DNA from: Enterobacteria phage vB_EcoM_IME339
Length of the DNA: 64,000 nt
Sequence record: MH051915
Reading direction: 5' to 3' (one strand)
Below, one piece after another: positions 37,984 to 48,403 of this stretch (position 1 is the stretch's first letter; each line of letters opens with the position of its first letter). The translations under genes were made by a program, and so were the position numbers. A model generated the notes under the pieces. That model searched no databases. It was given only the letters and a program-made list of their open reading frames with translations, and had not been told where the DNA came from.

Positions 37984-39662
37984 AGAATTTTAAACTAAAC
38001 CGAGTTAGGTATCAAAATATAATGTCAGTAGGTGGAAATCCTATTGACATTCAACTAGATAAGGTTCAAAAAACTCTTATTACCGGGCGAAATGGCGGTG
38101 GTAAGTCTACTATGTTAGAAGCCATCACATTTGGGCTTTTTGGCAAGCCATTCCGTGATGTAAAGAAAGGTCAATTAATAAACAGCACGAATAAGAAAGA
38201 ACTTTTAGTTGAACTGTGGATGGAATATGATGAGAAAAAGTACTATATCAAAAGAGGACAAAAACCAAACGTTTTCGAAATCACCGTTAACGGTACACGT
38301 CTTAATGAATCTGCCAGCAGTAAAGATTTCCAAGCAGAATTTGAACAGCTTATCGGAATGTCATATGCCAGTTTCAAGCAGATTGTTGTACTTGGTACAG
38401 CAGGGTATACCCCTTTCATGGGTTTGTCGACCCCTGCACGAAGAAAGCTTGTGGAAGACCTGCTCGAGGTAGGAACATTAGCTGAAATGGATAAGCTTAA
38501 TAAAGCACTAATACGTGAATTAAATTCACAAAACCAAGTGCTTGATGTTAAAAAAGATAGTATTATCCAGCAAATTAAAATATATAATGATAACGTTGAA
38601 CGCCAGAAAAAATTAACTGGTGATAACCTTACTCGTCTACAGAATATGTATGATGATTTGGCAAAAGAAGCTAGAACGTTAAAATCGGAAATAGAAGAAG
38701 CTAATGAAAGATTAGTTAATATTGTTTTGGATGAAGACCCGACTGATGCATTTAATAAAATCGGTCAAGAAGCATTTTTAATTAAATCAAAAATTGACTC
38801 GTATAATAAAGTCATTAATATGTATCACGAAGGTGGATTATGTCCAACCTGTTTGTCACAATTAAGTTCCGGTGATAAAGTTGTTTCTAAAATTAAAGAT
38901 AAAGTTTCTGAATGCACGCATTCGTTTGAACAGCTTTCAACACATCGTGATAATTTAAAAGTTCTCGTTGATGAATACCGAGATAATATTAAAACCCAGC
39001 AGACGTTGGCGAATGATATTCGCAATAAAAAGCAATCTCTAATCACGACTGTAGATAAAGCTAAAAAAGTTAAAGCGGCTATAGAAAAAGCATCATCCGA
39101 GTTTATTGACCATGCTGATGAAATAGCACTGCTTCAAGAAGAACTTGATAAAATTGTTAAGACAAAAACTAATTTAGTAATGGAAAAATACCACAGAGGA
39201 ATTTTGACTGATATGCTCAAAGATTCTGGTATTAAAGGTGCTATTATTAAAAAGTACATTCCATTATTTAATAAGCAGATTAACCATTATCTTAAAATAA
39301 TGGAAGCGGATTATGTGTTTACATTAGATGAAGAATTTAATGAGACAATTAAATCCCGTGGTCGTGAAGATTTTAGTTATGCTTCATTTAGTGAAGGTGA
39401 AAAAGCACGAATTGATATTGCTCTTTTATTTACTTGGCGTGATATTGCTTCTATTGTATCTGGTGTTAGTATTAGTACATTAATACTCGATGAAGTGTTT
39501 GATGGGTCATTTGATGCCGAAGGTATTAAAGGTGTAGCTAATATTATAAATTCAATGAAAAATACTAATGTTTTTATAATTTCACATAAAGACCATGACC
39601 CACAAGAATATGGTCAGCATCTTCAAATGAAGAAAGTTGGTCGATTTACTGTAATGGTTTAA
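37980..39662 (+). CDS. 46: recombination ATPase gp46 (Rad50/SbcC-like)
   Basis: 560 aa; Walker A GRNGGGKST, zinc hook CPTC, ABC signature SEGE, Walker B LILDEVF. Confidence 0.92.
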   Translation: MKNFKLNRVRYQNIMSVGGNPIDIQLDKVQKTLITGRNGGGKSTMLEAITFGLFGKPFRDVKKGQLINSTNKKELLVELWMEYDEKKYYIKRGQKPNVFEITVNGTRLNESASSKDFQAEFEQLIGMSYASFKQIVVLGTAGYTPFMGLSTPARRKLVEDLLEVGTLAEMDKLNKALIRELNSQNQVLDVKKDSIIQQIKIYNDNVERQKKLTGDNLTRLQNMYDDLAKEARTLKSEIEEANERLVNIVLDEDPTDAFNKIGQEAFLIKSKIDSYNKVINMYHEGGLCPTCLSQLSSGDKVVSKIKDKVSECTHSFEQLSTHRDNLKVLVDEYRDNIKTQQTLANDIRNKKQSLITTVDKAKKVKAAIEKASSEFIDHADEIALLQEELDKIVKTKTNLVMEKYHRGILTDMLKDSGIKGAIIKKYIPLFNKQINHYLKIMEADYVFTLDEEFNETIKSRGREDFSYASFSEGEKARIDIALLFTWRDIASIVSGVSISTLILDEVFDGSFDAEGIKGVANIINSMKNTNVFIISHKDHDPQEYGQHLQMKKVGRFTVMV

Positions 39663-39717
39663 TTTATAAGAGATTATGCTTTAATTTATTAGAGTATAAT
39701 CTCTATGGAGGAAAAAT

Positions 39718-39906
39718 ATGGAATATTCAACTGGACAGCATCTATTAACTATTCCTGAAATAAAACGATATATTCTGAGAAATAATTTTTCTAATGAAGA
39801 GCATATAGTTACTGAATCTATGCTTAAGAATGCATTTAAAGCAGAATATACGAAAATAATGTCCAACAGAAATGAAGCTTGGACTGTTACTGATTATTAT
39901 GACTAA
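39718..39906 (+). CDS. hypothetical protein (45.2 position)
   Basis: 62 aa ORF with ggaggaaaaatATG RBS. Confidence 0.5.
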   Translation: MEYSTGQHLLTIPEIKRYILRNNFSNEEHIVTESMLKNAFKAEYTKIMSNRNEAWTVTDYYD

Positions 39907-39915
39907 AGGTGTATT

Positions 39916-40305
39916 ATGACTAAAATTACTGTGAATTATACTGTTGATGTAAAAGATATTCAGCCAAAACACGTGCGTTCTGATTCAAATCCACAAAACC
40001 AAAATAAAATTCGTCGAGCATGGGTTTTGTCTCTTTCTGATAACGCGATGGAAGTTATTCAGAGCAAAATTAAATCTGCACCTGCTCGTCATGCGTATTA
40101 TGAAGCTATCGATCGTGAAGTAAGTAATAAATGGATTGAACTAATGCGCAAACATACGACAGAATCTCTAAATGCCGGTGCTAAATTTATTATGACTTCA
40201 TGTGGTGAACGTCTTGAAGATGATTATTGTGGTAATGCAGATGAACGTCTAATTGTTGCTGCTCAAATTGTTGCAGAAACAATTGCTGCTGATTTTAATC
40301 GTTAA
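39916..40305 (+). CDS. rpbA: RNA polymerase binding protein RpbA
   Basis: 129 aa, size and position between 46 and 45 as in T4. Confidence 0.7.
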   Translation: MTKITVNYTVDVKDIQPKHVRSDSNPQNQNKIRRAWVLSLSDNAMEVIQSKIKSAPARHAYYEAIDREVSNKWIELMRKHTTESLNAGAKFIMTSCGERLEDDYCGNADERLIVAAQIVAETIAADFNR

Positions 40306-40330
40306 TTGCTTTATTAAATTAGTTATAAAA
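40305..40330 (+). promoter_or_regulatory. T4 middle promoter (MotA box + -10) for gene 45
   Basis: aatTGCTTTAttaaattagtTATAAA. Confidence 0.5.
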
Positions 40331-40360
40331 TTAAATCTCATTTGAATTGAAGGAAATTAC

Positions 40361-41047
40361 ATGAAACTGTCTAAAGATACTACTGCTCTGCTTAAAAATT
40401 TCGCTACTATTAACTCTGGTATTATGCTTAAATCCGGTCAATTTATTATGACTCGCGCGGTTAATGGTACAACTTATGCAGAAGCAAATATTTCTGACAC
40501 TATTGATTTTGATGTAGCAATTTACGATTTGAACGGTTTTCTCGGTATTCTGTCTCTAGTTAATGACGATGCAGAAATTTCCCAATCAGAAGATGGAAAT
40601 ATTAAAATTGCTGATGCCCGTTCAACAATTTTTTGGCCAGCAGCTGATCCGAGTACAGTAGTTGCTCCTAATAAACCAATTCCATTCCCGGTAGCATCTG
40701 TTGTTACTGAAATTAAAGCTGAAGACCTTCAACAACTGTTGCGTGTATCTCGTGGTCTGCAGATTGATACAATTGCTATCACAGTAAAAGAAGGTAAAAT
40801 CGTAATTAACGGTTTTAATAAAGTAGAAGATTCTGCTTTGACTCGTGTTAAATATTCTTTGACTCTTGGTGATTATGATGGTGAAAATACATTTAATTTC
40901 ATTATCAATATGGCAAATATGAAAATGCAACCAGGAAATTATAAACTTCTACTCTGGGCAAAAGGTAAACAAGGCGCTGCTAAATTTGAAGGTGAACACG
41001 CGAATTATGTAGTAGCTCTTGAAGCTGATTCTACCCACGATTTTTAA
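40361..41047 (+). CDS. 45: sliding clamp gp45
   Basis: 228 aa MKLSKDTTALLKNFATINSGIMLKSGQFIMTRAVNGTTYAEANISDTIDF...; matches remembered T4 gp45. Confidence 0.95.
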   Translation: MKLSKDTTALLKNFATINSGIMLKSGQFIMTRAVNGTTYAEANISDTIDFDVAIYDLNGFLGILSLVNDDAEISQSEDGNIKIADARSTIFWPAADPSTVVAPNKPIPFPVASVVTEIKAEDLQQLLRVSRGLQIDTIAITVKEGKIVINGFNKVEDSALTRVKYSLTLGDYDGENTFNFIINMANMKMQPGNYKLLLWAKGKQGAAKFEGEHANYVVALEADSTHDF

Positions 41048-41049
41048 TA

Positions 41050-41067
41050 AAGGGCTTCGGCCCTTTA
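41050..41067 (+). terminator. UUCG-tetraloop hairpin terminator
   Basis: aagggcttcggccc + ttt. Confidence 0.55.
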
Positions 41068-41098
41068 TAATTTACACTAAAACTTGAATGAGGAAATT

Positions 41099-42058
41099 AT
41101 GATTACTGTAAATGAAAAAGAACACATTCTTGAACAGAAATATCGTCCATCTACTATCGATGAATGTATTCTTCCCGCCTTTGATAAAGAAACCTTTAAA
41201 TCTATTACAAGTAAAGGTAAGATTCCACATATTATTCTTCATTCTCCTTCTCCAGGAACAGGTAAAACAACTGTAGCAAAAGCATTGTGTCATGATGTAA
41301 ATGCTGATATGATGTTTGTGAATGGATCAGATTGTAAAATTGATTTCGTTCGTGGTCCTTTGACTAATTTTGCCAGTGCAGCTTCATTTGATGGTCGTCA
41401 AAAAGTAATCGTTATTGATGAATTTGACCGTTCAGGGTTAGCAGAGTCTCAGCGACATCTTCGTTCCTTTATGGAAGCTTATAGTTCAAACTGCAGCATT
41501 ATTATTACTGCTAACAATATTGATGGTATTATTAAACCGCTTCAGTCACGCTGCCGAGTTATTACGTTCGGTCAACCGACTGATGAAGATAAAATTGAAA
41601 TGATGAAGCAGATGATTCGTCGATTGACTGAAATCTGTAAGCATGAAGGAATTGCTATAGCTGATATGAAAGTTGTAGCAGCTTTGGTTAAAAAGAATTT
41701 TCCTGATTTTCGTAAAACTATTGGTGAGCTCGATAGTTATTCATCTAAAGGTGTTTTGGATGCTGGTATTTTATCACTGGTTACTAATGATCGTGGTGCT
41801 ATTGATGATGTTCTTGAATCTCTCAAAAATAAAGATGTTAAACAGCTCAGAGCTTTAGCGCCAAAATACGCAGCTGATTATTCGTGGTTCGTAGGTAAAC
41901 TTGCCGAAGAAATTTATACACGCGTAACTCCGCAAAGTATTATTCGTATGTATGAAATTGTTGGTGAAAATAACCAGTATCATGGAATTGCGGCTAATAC
42001 GGAATTACATTTAGCATATCTTTTCATTCAATTAGCATGCGAAATGCAGTGGAAGTGA
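41099..42058 (+). CDS. 44: clamp loader large subunit gp44 (AAA+)
   Basis: 319 aa from ATG 41099: [17 protein letters not shown]...; Walker [11 protein letters not shown], Walker B VIVIDEFD. Confidence 0.93.
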   Translation: MITVNEKEHILEQKYRPSTIDECILPAFDKETFKSITSKGKIPHIILHSPSPGTGKTTVAKALCHDVNADMMFVNGSDCKIDFVRGPLTNFASAASFDGRQKVIVIDEFDRSGLAESQRHLRSFMEAYSSNCSIIITANNIDGIIKPLQSRCRVITFGQPTDEDKIEMMKQMIRRLTEICKHEGIAIADMKVVAALVKKNFPDFRKTIGELDSYSSKGVLDAGILSLVTNDRGAIDDVLESLKNKDVKQLRALAPKYAADYSWFVGKLAEEIYTRVTPQSIIRMYEIVGENNQYHGIAANTELHLAYLFIQLACEMQWK

Positions 42059-42059
42059 T

Positions 42060-42623
42060 ATGAGCTTATTTGAAGATGATATTCAATTAAACGAGCATCA
42101 AGTTGCTTGGTATTCAAAAGATTGGACAGCTGTCCAATCTGCTGCTGATTCTTTTAAGGAAAAAGCTGAAAATGAATTTTTTGAAATAATTGGAGCTATT
42201 AATAATAAAACTAAATGCTCTATTGCTCAAAAAGATTATTCAAAATACATGGTTGAGAATGCATTATCACAATTTCCTGAATGCATGCCAGCTGTATATG
42301 CGATGAATTTAATTGGATCAGGTTTAAGCGATGAAGCCCATTTTAATTATCTGATGGCTGCTGTTCCTCGGGGTAAAAGATATGGTAAATGGGCAAAACT
42401 GGTCGAAGATTCTACTGAAGTATTGATTATTAAGTTACTTGCTAAGCGGTATCAAGTTAATACAAATGATGCAATTAACTATAAATCAATTCTTACTAAA
42501 AATGGAAAACTTCCTTTAGTATTAAAAGAACTAAAAGGTTTAGTCACGGATGATTTTTTGAAAGAAGTGACTAAGAATGTAAAAGAACAGAAACAACTCA
42601 AAAAACTAGCATTGGAATGGTAA
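42060..42623 (+). CDS. 62: clamp loader small subunit gp62
   Basis: 187 aa immediately after 44. Confidence 0.9.
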   Translation: MSLFEDDIQLNEHQVAWYSKDWTAVQSAADSFKEKAENEFFEIIGAINNKTKCSIAQKDYSKYMVENALSQFPECMPAVYAMNLIGSGLSDEAHFNYLMAAVPRGKRYGKWAKLVEDSTEVLIIKLLAKRYQVNTNDAINYKSILTKNGKLPLVLKELKGLVTDDFLKEVTKNVKEQKQLKKLALEW

Positions 42624-42624
42624 A

Positions 42625-42993
42625 ATGATTGAAATTACTCTTAAAAAACCTGAAGATTTTCTGAAAGTAAAAGAAACTTTGACTCGTATGGGAATTGCTA
42701 ATAATAAAGATAAAGTTCTATATCAGTCCTGCCACATTCTTCAGAAAAAAGGACTATACTATATCGTTCATTTTAAAGAAATGCTTCGTATGGATGGCCG
42801 TCAGGTTGAAATGACAGAAGAAGATGAAGTTCGTCGTGATTCGATTGCGTGGCTGTTAGAAGATTGGGGATTGATTGAAATCGTTCCTGGTCAAAGAACT
42901 TTTATGAAAGATTTGACCAATAACTTCCGAGTTATTTCTTTTAAACAAAAACACGAATGGAAACTCGTTCCTAAATATACGATTGGTAATTAA
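42625..42993 (+). CDS. regA: translational repressor RegA
   Basis: 122 aa MIEITLKKPEDFLKVKETLTRMGIANNKDKVLYQSCHILQKKGLYYIVHFKEM...; position after 62. Confidence 0.9.
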   Translation: MIEITLKKPEDFLKVKETLTRMGIANNKDKVLYQSCHILQKKGLYYIVHFKEMLRMDGRQVEMTEEDEVRRDSIAWLLEDWGLIEIVPGQRTFMKDLTNNFRVISFKQKHEWKLVPKYTIGN

Positions 42994-42995
42994 GC

Positions 42996-43016
42996 AAGGG
43001 GCTTCGGCCCCTTATT
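42996..43016 (+). terminator. UUCG-tetraloop hairpin terminator
   Basis: aaggggcttcggcccctt + atttgg. Confidence 0.55.
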
Positions 43017-43029
43017 TGGAGTATAATAT

Positions 43030-43071
43030 ATCAAGAGCCTAATAACTCGGGCTATAAACTAAGGAATATCT
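43030..43071 (+). promoter_or_regulatory. candidate gp43 translational operator (hairpin next to Shine-Dalgarno)
   Basis: gagcctaataactcgggctataaactaaggaatatctATG; short stem with 8-10 nt loop just 5' of the RBS. Confidence 0.4.
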
Positions 43072-45768
43072 ATGAAAGAATTTTATATCTCTATCGAAAC
43101 AGTCGGAAATAACATTGTTGAGCGTTATATTGATGAAAATGGAAAGGAACGTACTCGTGAAGTAGAATATCTTCCAACTATGTTTAGGCATTGTAAGGAA
43201 GAGTCAAAATACAAAGACATTTATGGTAAAAATTGTGCTCCTCAAAAATTTCCATCAATGAAAGATGCACGAGATTGGATGAAACGAATGGAAGACATCG
43301 GTCTCGAAGCTCTCGGTATGAACGATTTTAAACTCGCTTATATCAGTGATACATATGGTTCAGAAATTGTTTATGACCGAAAATTTGTTCGTGTAGCTAA
43401 CTGTGACATTGAGGTTACTGGTGATAAATTTCCTGACCCAATGAAAGCAGAATATGAAATTGATGCTATCACTCATTATGATTCAATTGACGACCGTTTT
43501 TACGTCTTTGACTTGTTGAATTCAATGTACGGTTCAGTATCAAAATGGGATGCAAAGTTAGCTGCTAAGCTTGACTGTGAAGGTGGTGATGAAGTTCCTC
43601 AAGAAATTCTTGACCGAGTAATTTATATGCCATTCGATAATGAGCGTGATATGCTTATGGAATATATTAATCTCTGGGAACAGAAACGACCGGCTATTTT
43701 TACCGGTTGGAATATTGAGGGATTTGACGTTCCGTATATCATGAATCGCGTTAAAATGGTTCTGGGTGAACGTAGTATGAAACGCTTCTCTCCAATCGGT
43801 CGAGTAAAATCTAAACTAATTCAAAATATGTACGGTAGCAAAGAAATTTATTCTATTGATGGCGTATCTATTCTTGATTATTTAGATTTGTACAAGAAAT
43901 TCGCATTTACTAATTTGCCATCGTTCTCTTTGGAATCAGTTGCTCAACATGAAACCAAAAAAGGTAAATTGCCGTACGATGGTCCTATTAATAAACTTCG
44001 TGAGACTAATCATCAACGATACATTAGTTATAACATTATTGACGTAGAATCAGTTCAAGCAATTGATAAAATTCGTGGGTTTATCGATCTAGTTTTAAGT
44101 ATGTCTTATTACGCTAAAATGCCTTTTTCTGGTGTAATGAGCCCTATTAAAACTTGGGATGCTATTATTTTTAACTCACTGAAAGGTGAACATAAGGTTA
44201 TTCCTCAACAAGGTTCGCACGTTAAACAGAGTTTTCCAGGTGCATTTGTGTTTGAACCTAAACCGATTGCTCGTCGATACATTATGAGTTTTGACTTGAC
44301 GTCTCTGTATCCTAGCATTATTCGTCAGGTTAACATTAGTCCTGAAACTATTCGTGGACAGTTTAAAGTTCATCCAATTCATGAATATATCGCAGGAACA
44401 GCTCCTAAGCCAAGTGATGAATATTCTTGCTCTCCGAATGGATGGATGTATGATAAGCACCAAGAAGGTATCATTCCAAAGGAAATCGCTAAAGTATTTT
44501 TCCAGCGTAAAGATTGGAAAAAGAAAATGTTCGCGGAAGAAATGAATGCCGAAGCTATTAAAAAGATTATTATGAAAGGTGCAGGGTCTTGCTCAACTAA
44601 ACCAGAAGTTGAACGATATGTTAAGTTCAATGATGATTTCTTAAACGAATTATCGAATTACACCGAATCTGTTCTTAATAGTCTGATTGAAGAATGTGAA
44701 AAAGCTGCTACACTTGCTAACACAAATCAGCTGAACCGTAAAATTCTTATTAACAGTCTTTATGGTGCTCTTGGTAATATTCATTTCCGCTACTATGATT
44801 TGCGAAATGCTACTGCTATCACAATTTTCGGTCAAGTTGGTATTCAGTGGATTGCTCGCAAAATTAATGAATATCTAAATAAAGTGTGTGGAACTAATGG
44901 TGAAGATTTCATCGCAGCAGGTGATACTGATTCGGTATATGTTTGTGTAGATAAAGTTATTGAAAAAGTAGGTCTTGATCGCTTTAAAGAACAAAATGAT
45001 TTAGTTGAATTTATGAATCAGTTTGGTAAGAAAAAGATGGAACCTATGATTGATGTTGCATATCGTGAGTTATGTGATTATATGAATAACCGCGAGCATC
45101 TGATGCATATGGACCGTGAAGCTATTTCTTGCCCTCCGCTTGGTTCAAAGGGTGTCGGTGGATTTTGGAAAGCGAAAAAACGTTATGCTCTGAACGTTTA
45201 TGACATGGAAGATAAGCGATTTGCCGAACCGCATCTAAAAATTATGGGTATGGAAACTCAACAGAGTTCAACACCAAAAGCAGTACAAGAAGCTCTCGAA
45301 GAAAGTATTCGTCGTATTCTTCAGGAAGGTGAAGAGTCTGTCCAAGAATATTACAAGAACTTTGAGAAAGAATATCGTCAACTTGATTATAAAGTTATTG
45401 CTGAAGTAAAAACTGCGAACGATATAGCGAAATATGATGATAAAGGTTGGCCAGGATTTAAATGCCCGTTCCACATTCGTGGGGTGCTAACTTATCGTCG
45501 AGCTGTTAGTGGTTTAGGTGTAGCTCCAATTTTGGATGGAAATAAGGTAATGGTTCTTCCATTACGTGAGGGAAATCCATTTGGTGACAAGTGTATTGCT
45601 TGGCCGTCGGGTACGGAACTTCCAAAAGAAATTCGTTCTGATGTACTGTCTTGGATTGACTACTCAACTTTGTTCCAAAAATCGTTTGTTAAACCGCTTG
45701 CGGGTATGTGTGAATCGGCAGGTATGGACTATGAGGAAAAAGCTTCGTTAGACTTCCTGTTTGGCTGA
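43072..45768 (+). CDS. 43: DNA polymerase gp43 (family B)
   Basis: 898 aa; exonuclease and polymerase motifs incl. SLYPS, KILINSLYG, GDTDS. Confidence 0.97.
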   Translation: MKEFYISIETVGNNIVERYIDENGKERTREVEYLPTMFRHCKEESKYKDIYGKNCAPQKFPSMKDARDWMKRMEDIGLEALGMNDFKLAYISDTYGSEIVYDRKFVRVANCDIEVTGDKFPDPMKAEYEIDAITHYDSIDDRFYVFDLLNSMYGSVSKWDAKLAAKLDCEGGDEVPQEILDRVIYMPFDNERDMLMEYINLWEQKRPAIFTGWNIEGFDVPYIMNRVKMVLGERSMKRFSPIGRVKSKLIQNMYGSKEIYSIDGVSILDYLDLYKKFAFTNLPSFSLESVAQHETKKGKLPYDGPINKLRETNHQRYISYNIIDVESVQAIDKIRGFIDLVLSMSYYAKMPFSGVMSPIKTWDAIIFNSLKGEHKVIPQQGSHVKQSFPGAFVFEPKPIARRYIMSFDLTSLYPSIIRQVNISPETIRGQFKVHPIHEYIAGTAPKPSDEYSCSPNGWMYDKHQEGIIPKEIAKVFFQRKDWKKKMFAEEMNAEAIKKIIMKGAGSCSTKPEVERYVKFNDDFLNELSNYTESVLNSLIEECEKAATLANTNQLNRKILINSLYGALGNIHFRYYDLRNATAITIFGQVGIQWIARKINEYLNKVCGTNGEDFIAAGDTDSVYVCVDKVIEKVGLDRFKEQNDLVEFMNQFGKKKMEPMIDVAYRELCDYMNNREHLMHMDREAISCPPLGSKGVGGFWKAKKRYALNVYDMEDKRFAEPHLKIMGMETQQSSTPKAVQEALEESIRRILQEGEESVQEYYKNFEKEYRQLDYKVIAEVKTANDIAKYDDKGWPGFKCPFHIRGVLTYRRAVSGLGVAPILDGNKVMVLPLREGNPFGDKCIAWPSGTELPKEIRSDVLSWIDYSTLFQKSFVKPLAGMCESAGMDYEEKASLDFLFG

Positions 45769-45780
45769 TAGAATAAATCT

Positions 45781-45803
45781 AGGGACCTCCGGGTCCCTTT
45801 TTC
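45781..45803 (+). terminator. intrinsic terminator
   Basis: gggacctccgggtccc + tttttc. Confidence 0.7.
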
Positions 45804-45884
45804 ATACAAGTAATATAAATCTATACTTAGGAAAAATAGATGATTCTGGACCTCTGGAATTCATTAAAAATTTTTTTCACAAAA

Positions 45885-45918
45885 TGGTTTACATCCCGGT
45901 TCCTTTGTGGTACTATAC
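45885..45918 (+). promoter_or_regulatory. T4-type early promoter in repeated cassette
   Basis: tttttcacaaaatgGTTTACAtcccggttcctttgTGgTACTAT. Confidence 0.6.
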
Positions 45919-45953
45919 AACTATCAACTACTGATACAGATTTGGAGAATGAA
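45905..45953 (+). repeat. conserved promoter-leader cassette (PeSL-like), copy 4
   Basis: tggtactatacaactatcaactactgatacagatttggagaatgaaATG. Confidence 0.6.
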
Positions 45954-46334
45954 ATGAAAATCGCTATTTTGGTTATTGCATTGGGTCTTACTGGTTGTGT
46001 AGCTCAAGGACCAGTAGTAAATCAGTCTGATGCAGGAAAAATTGTAAACTGTTCAAGCAAATTTTATAATCCTAACGTCAAGTGTTATAAAGAAGCTCCA
46101 AAACAGACAGTAGAACAAATGCAGGCGAATTTTGACGAAGCTATTCGTTCAGATGAATCTGCCCAAGCATATCGTAATTCAGATGTAATTACACGCGAAG
46201 AAAAAATTGAAAATTACTGCGCCGTTCTTTGGGCAAATTGGGCTAATAATTACCAATGGCGTACAGGTAAAAACGCTCCGATGGAGTATGTAGTGAATTC
46301 TTATAATTCATGTGTAAAAAATTTGACTAAGTGA
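45954..46334 (+). CDS. predicted lipoprotein
   Basis: ATG 45954 after cassette (ORF track 45840 runs through promoter); signal peptide with lipobox LTGC. Confidence 0.55.
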   Translation: MKIAILVIALGLTGCVAQGPVVNQSDAGKIVNCSSKFYNPNVKCYKEAPKQTVEQMQANFDEAIRSDESAQAYRNSDVITREEKIENYCAVLWANWANNYQWRTGKNAPMEYVVNSYNSCVKNLTK

Positions 46335-46341
46335 GGAAAAC

Positions 46342-46593
46342 ATGGAAACTTTAGTAGCAGGTTCAATTTTTATGGTTTTAGTTTCAGGCGTGTTGGCTAT
46401 TATTATATACATGCTTCCGTGGTTCATCGCCTTGATGCGTGGGTCAAAATCGACAGTAGGAATCTTTTTCACATCTTTACTGTTTAACTGGTCAATCATT
46501 GGTTGGTTTATTACATTTATTTGGTCAATTGCGGGTGAAACTAAAAAATCTGTACAGCAAAATCAAGTAATTATCATCAGAGAGAAGGAATGA
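46342..46593 (+). CDS. imm: immunity (superinfection exclusion) membrane protein Imm
   Basis: 83 aa two-TM protein, size and position between 43 and 42 as T4 Imm. Confidence 0.8.
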   Translation: METLVAGSIFMVLVSGVLAIIIYMLPWFIALMRGSKSTVGIFFTSLLFNWSIIGWFITFIWSIAGETKKSVQQNQVIIIREKE

Positions 46594-46739
46594 AAAGCAA
46601 AATTTTAGCAGTATTGCTTTTAATCTTGATGATTATAATAAGTATATACTATAGCGTAACGGTTCCTTGCATGATTCCGACACTTATTATAGGTTGGGGT
46701 TTATTACTGTTACAAGTTAAATATGAATGTATCAATTGA
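46590..46739 (+). CDS. small membrane peptide
   Basis: 49 aa hydrophobic ORF not in track; ATGA overlap with imm. Confidence 0.4.
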   Translation: MKSKILAVLLLILMIIISIYYSVTVPCMIPTLIIGWGLLLLQVKYECIN

Positions 46740-46746
46740 GGTTTAA

Positions 46747-47487
46747 ATGATTAATGACTCTATGACAGTTGAAGAAATCCGTCTTCATTTGGGAATTGCA
46801 TTAAAGGAAAAAGATTTCGTAGTTGATAAAACTGGTGTTAAAACTATTGAAATTATTGGTGCATCATTTGTAGCAGATGAACCTTTTATTTTTGGCGCTC
46901 TTAATGATGAATACATTCAGCGTGAACTTGAATGGTATAAGTCTCAAAGTTTGTTTGTTAAAGATATTCCAGGTGAAACACCAAAGATTTGGCAGCAGGT
47001 AGCATCTTCTAAAGGCGAAATTAACTCGAATTATGGTTGGGCTATCTGGTCAGAAGATAACTATGCTCAGTATGATATGTGTTTAGCTGAACTTGGTCAA
47101 AATCCTGATTCTCGGCGTGGTATCATGATTTATACTCGTCCATCCATGCAGTTTGACTACAACAAAGATGGTATGTCAGATTTCATGTGTACGAATACAG
47201 TACAGTACCTGATTCGTGATAAGAAAGTCAATGCAGTAGTAAGCATGCGTTCAAATGACGTGGTCTTCGGATTCCGTAATGATTATGCATGGCAAAAATA
47301 CGTACTAGATAAATTAGTATCTGATTTGAATGCAGGTGATTCAACTCGCCAGTATAAAGCAGGTTCCATTATATGGAATGTCGGGAGCCTTCATGTGTAT
47401 TCTCGTCATTTTTATTTGGTTGACCATTGGTGGAAAACCGGCGAAACTCATATTGCGAAAAAAGATTATAATGGTGAGTGGAAATGA
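46747..47487 (+). CDS. 42: dCMP hydroxymethylase gp42
   Basis: 246 aa thymidylate-synthase-like protein; matches remembered T4 gp42. Confidence 0.93.
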   Translation: MINDSMTVEEIRLHLGIALKEKDFVVDKTGVKTIEIIGASFVADEPFIFGALNDEYIQRELEWYKSQSLFVKDIPGETPKIWQQVASSKGEINSNYGWAIWSEDNYAQYDMCLAELGQNPDSRRGIMIYTRPSMQFDYNKDGMSDFMCTNTVQYLIRDKKVNAVVSMRSNDVVFGFRNDYAWQKYVLDKLVSDLNAGDSTRQYKAGSIIWNVGSLHVYSRHFYLVDHWWKTGETHIAKKDYNGEWK

Positions 47488-48326
47488 TTCAATTTGTAAT
47501 TCCAAGCTATCAACGCGTAGGGGCAGTTTCTGCCCTTGATATGTTTCCGACTGATTATGAACCTCATATTGTAGTACGTGAACATGAAGAAAAAGCTTAT
47601 TATGACGCTTACGGGTCTAGAGCTAAAATTATAACTATTCCTGATGATGTTAATGGAATTGCTGGAACTCGTAAAGCAATTACTGATATGTATGCAGGTC
47701 AACGAATTTGGATGATTGATGATGATACTACTATTCGTATGAGTTCAATGCGAAAGAAAGATGATCGTCGCTGCGTAGATAAAATTAATCAATTAACTCG
47801 TGAACAGTTCTATGAATTGATTCAATACGTGGAAGATGCCATGGATTGCGGGTATTATCACGGTCATGCTCGTCTACCTATTTTTAAAATTACTTCATCT
47901 TGGGGTAATTATCGTGAAAATTCATATGGATTCACGAATACATGGTATGACCTCGGAAAACTTACTACAGAACAAATTGGGTATGGAAAAATTGATTTAT
48001 GCGAAGATATGTATGCATTTCTCAATTTAATTAACCAAGGTTATCCGCATTTGGCTTTGTTCAAATATCTGGTTGTGTCTGGAAAAGCGCAGGCTCCTGG
48101 CGGATGTAGTTCAATTCGTAGTAATTCAAAACATAATAGAGCTCTTGAGCAAATCAATAGAGAGTTTCCAGAGCAAGCTCGTTGGAAAACTTCTAATATT
48201 GAAAAACGAAAATCATTAGGTGAAGAAGACGAGCCATTAAAGGTTCTTCGTATGTGTGTTTCGCGCAAAGAAAAATCAGAAGCGTTTCATAAGTTTAATG
48301 CTATTCATCCAATAGCAGTCGATTAA
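47478..48326 (+). CDS. GT-A-like glycosyltransferase in the beta-gt slot (possibly beta-alpha-glucosyl-HMC transferase as in T2/T6)
   Basis: 282 aa; DxD-type motif IWMIDDDTTIRM; unlike remembered T4 beta-gt (GT-B, 351 aa). Confidence 0.65.
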   Translation: MEMIQFVIPSYQRVGAVSALDMFPTDYEPHIVVREHEEKAYYDAYGSRAKIITIPDDVNGIAGTRKAITDMYAGQRIWMIDDDTTIRMSSMRKKDDRRCVDKINQLTREQFYELIQYVEDAMDCGYYHGHARLPIFKITSSWGNYRENSYGFTNTWYDLGKLTTEQIGYGKIDLCEDMYAFLNLINQGYPHLALFKYLVVSGKAQAPGGCSSIRSNSKHNRALEQINREFPEQARWKTSNIEKRKSLGEEDEPLKVLRMCVSRKEKSEAFHKFNAIHPIAVD

Positions 48327-48403
48327 TGCCTAAATTTATTGTGTTATAATTACCCTATCTTTAACCAGTGAGGAAAATATAATGATGCCTATGGAAAAAA
48401 TGA

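Noticed and set aside
40622-40930. 102 aa minus-strand ORF inside gene 45
   Set aside because: Fully contained in the well-supported sliding-clamp gene on the opposite strand
44176-44835. Several short + and minus ORFs inside gene 43
   Set aside because: Embedded in the DNA polymerase coding sequence; alternative-frame artefacts
45840-45953. N-terminal extension of the lipoprotein ORF
   Set aside because: Extension is translated straight through the early promoter and conserved leader; ATG 45954 after the GGAG RBS is the credible start
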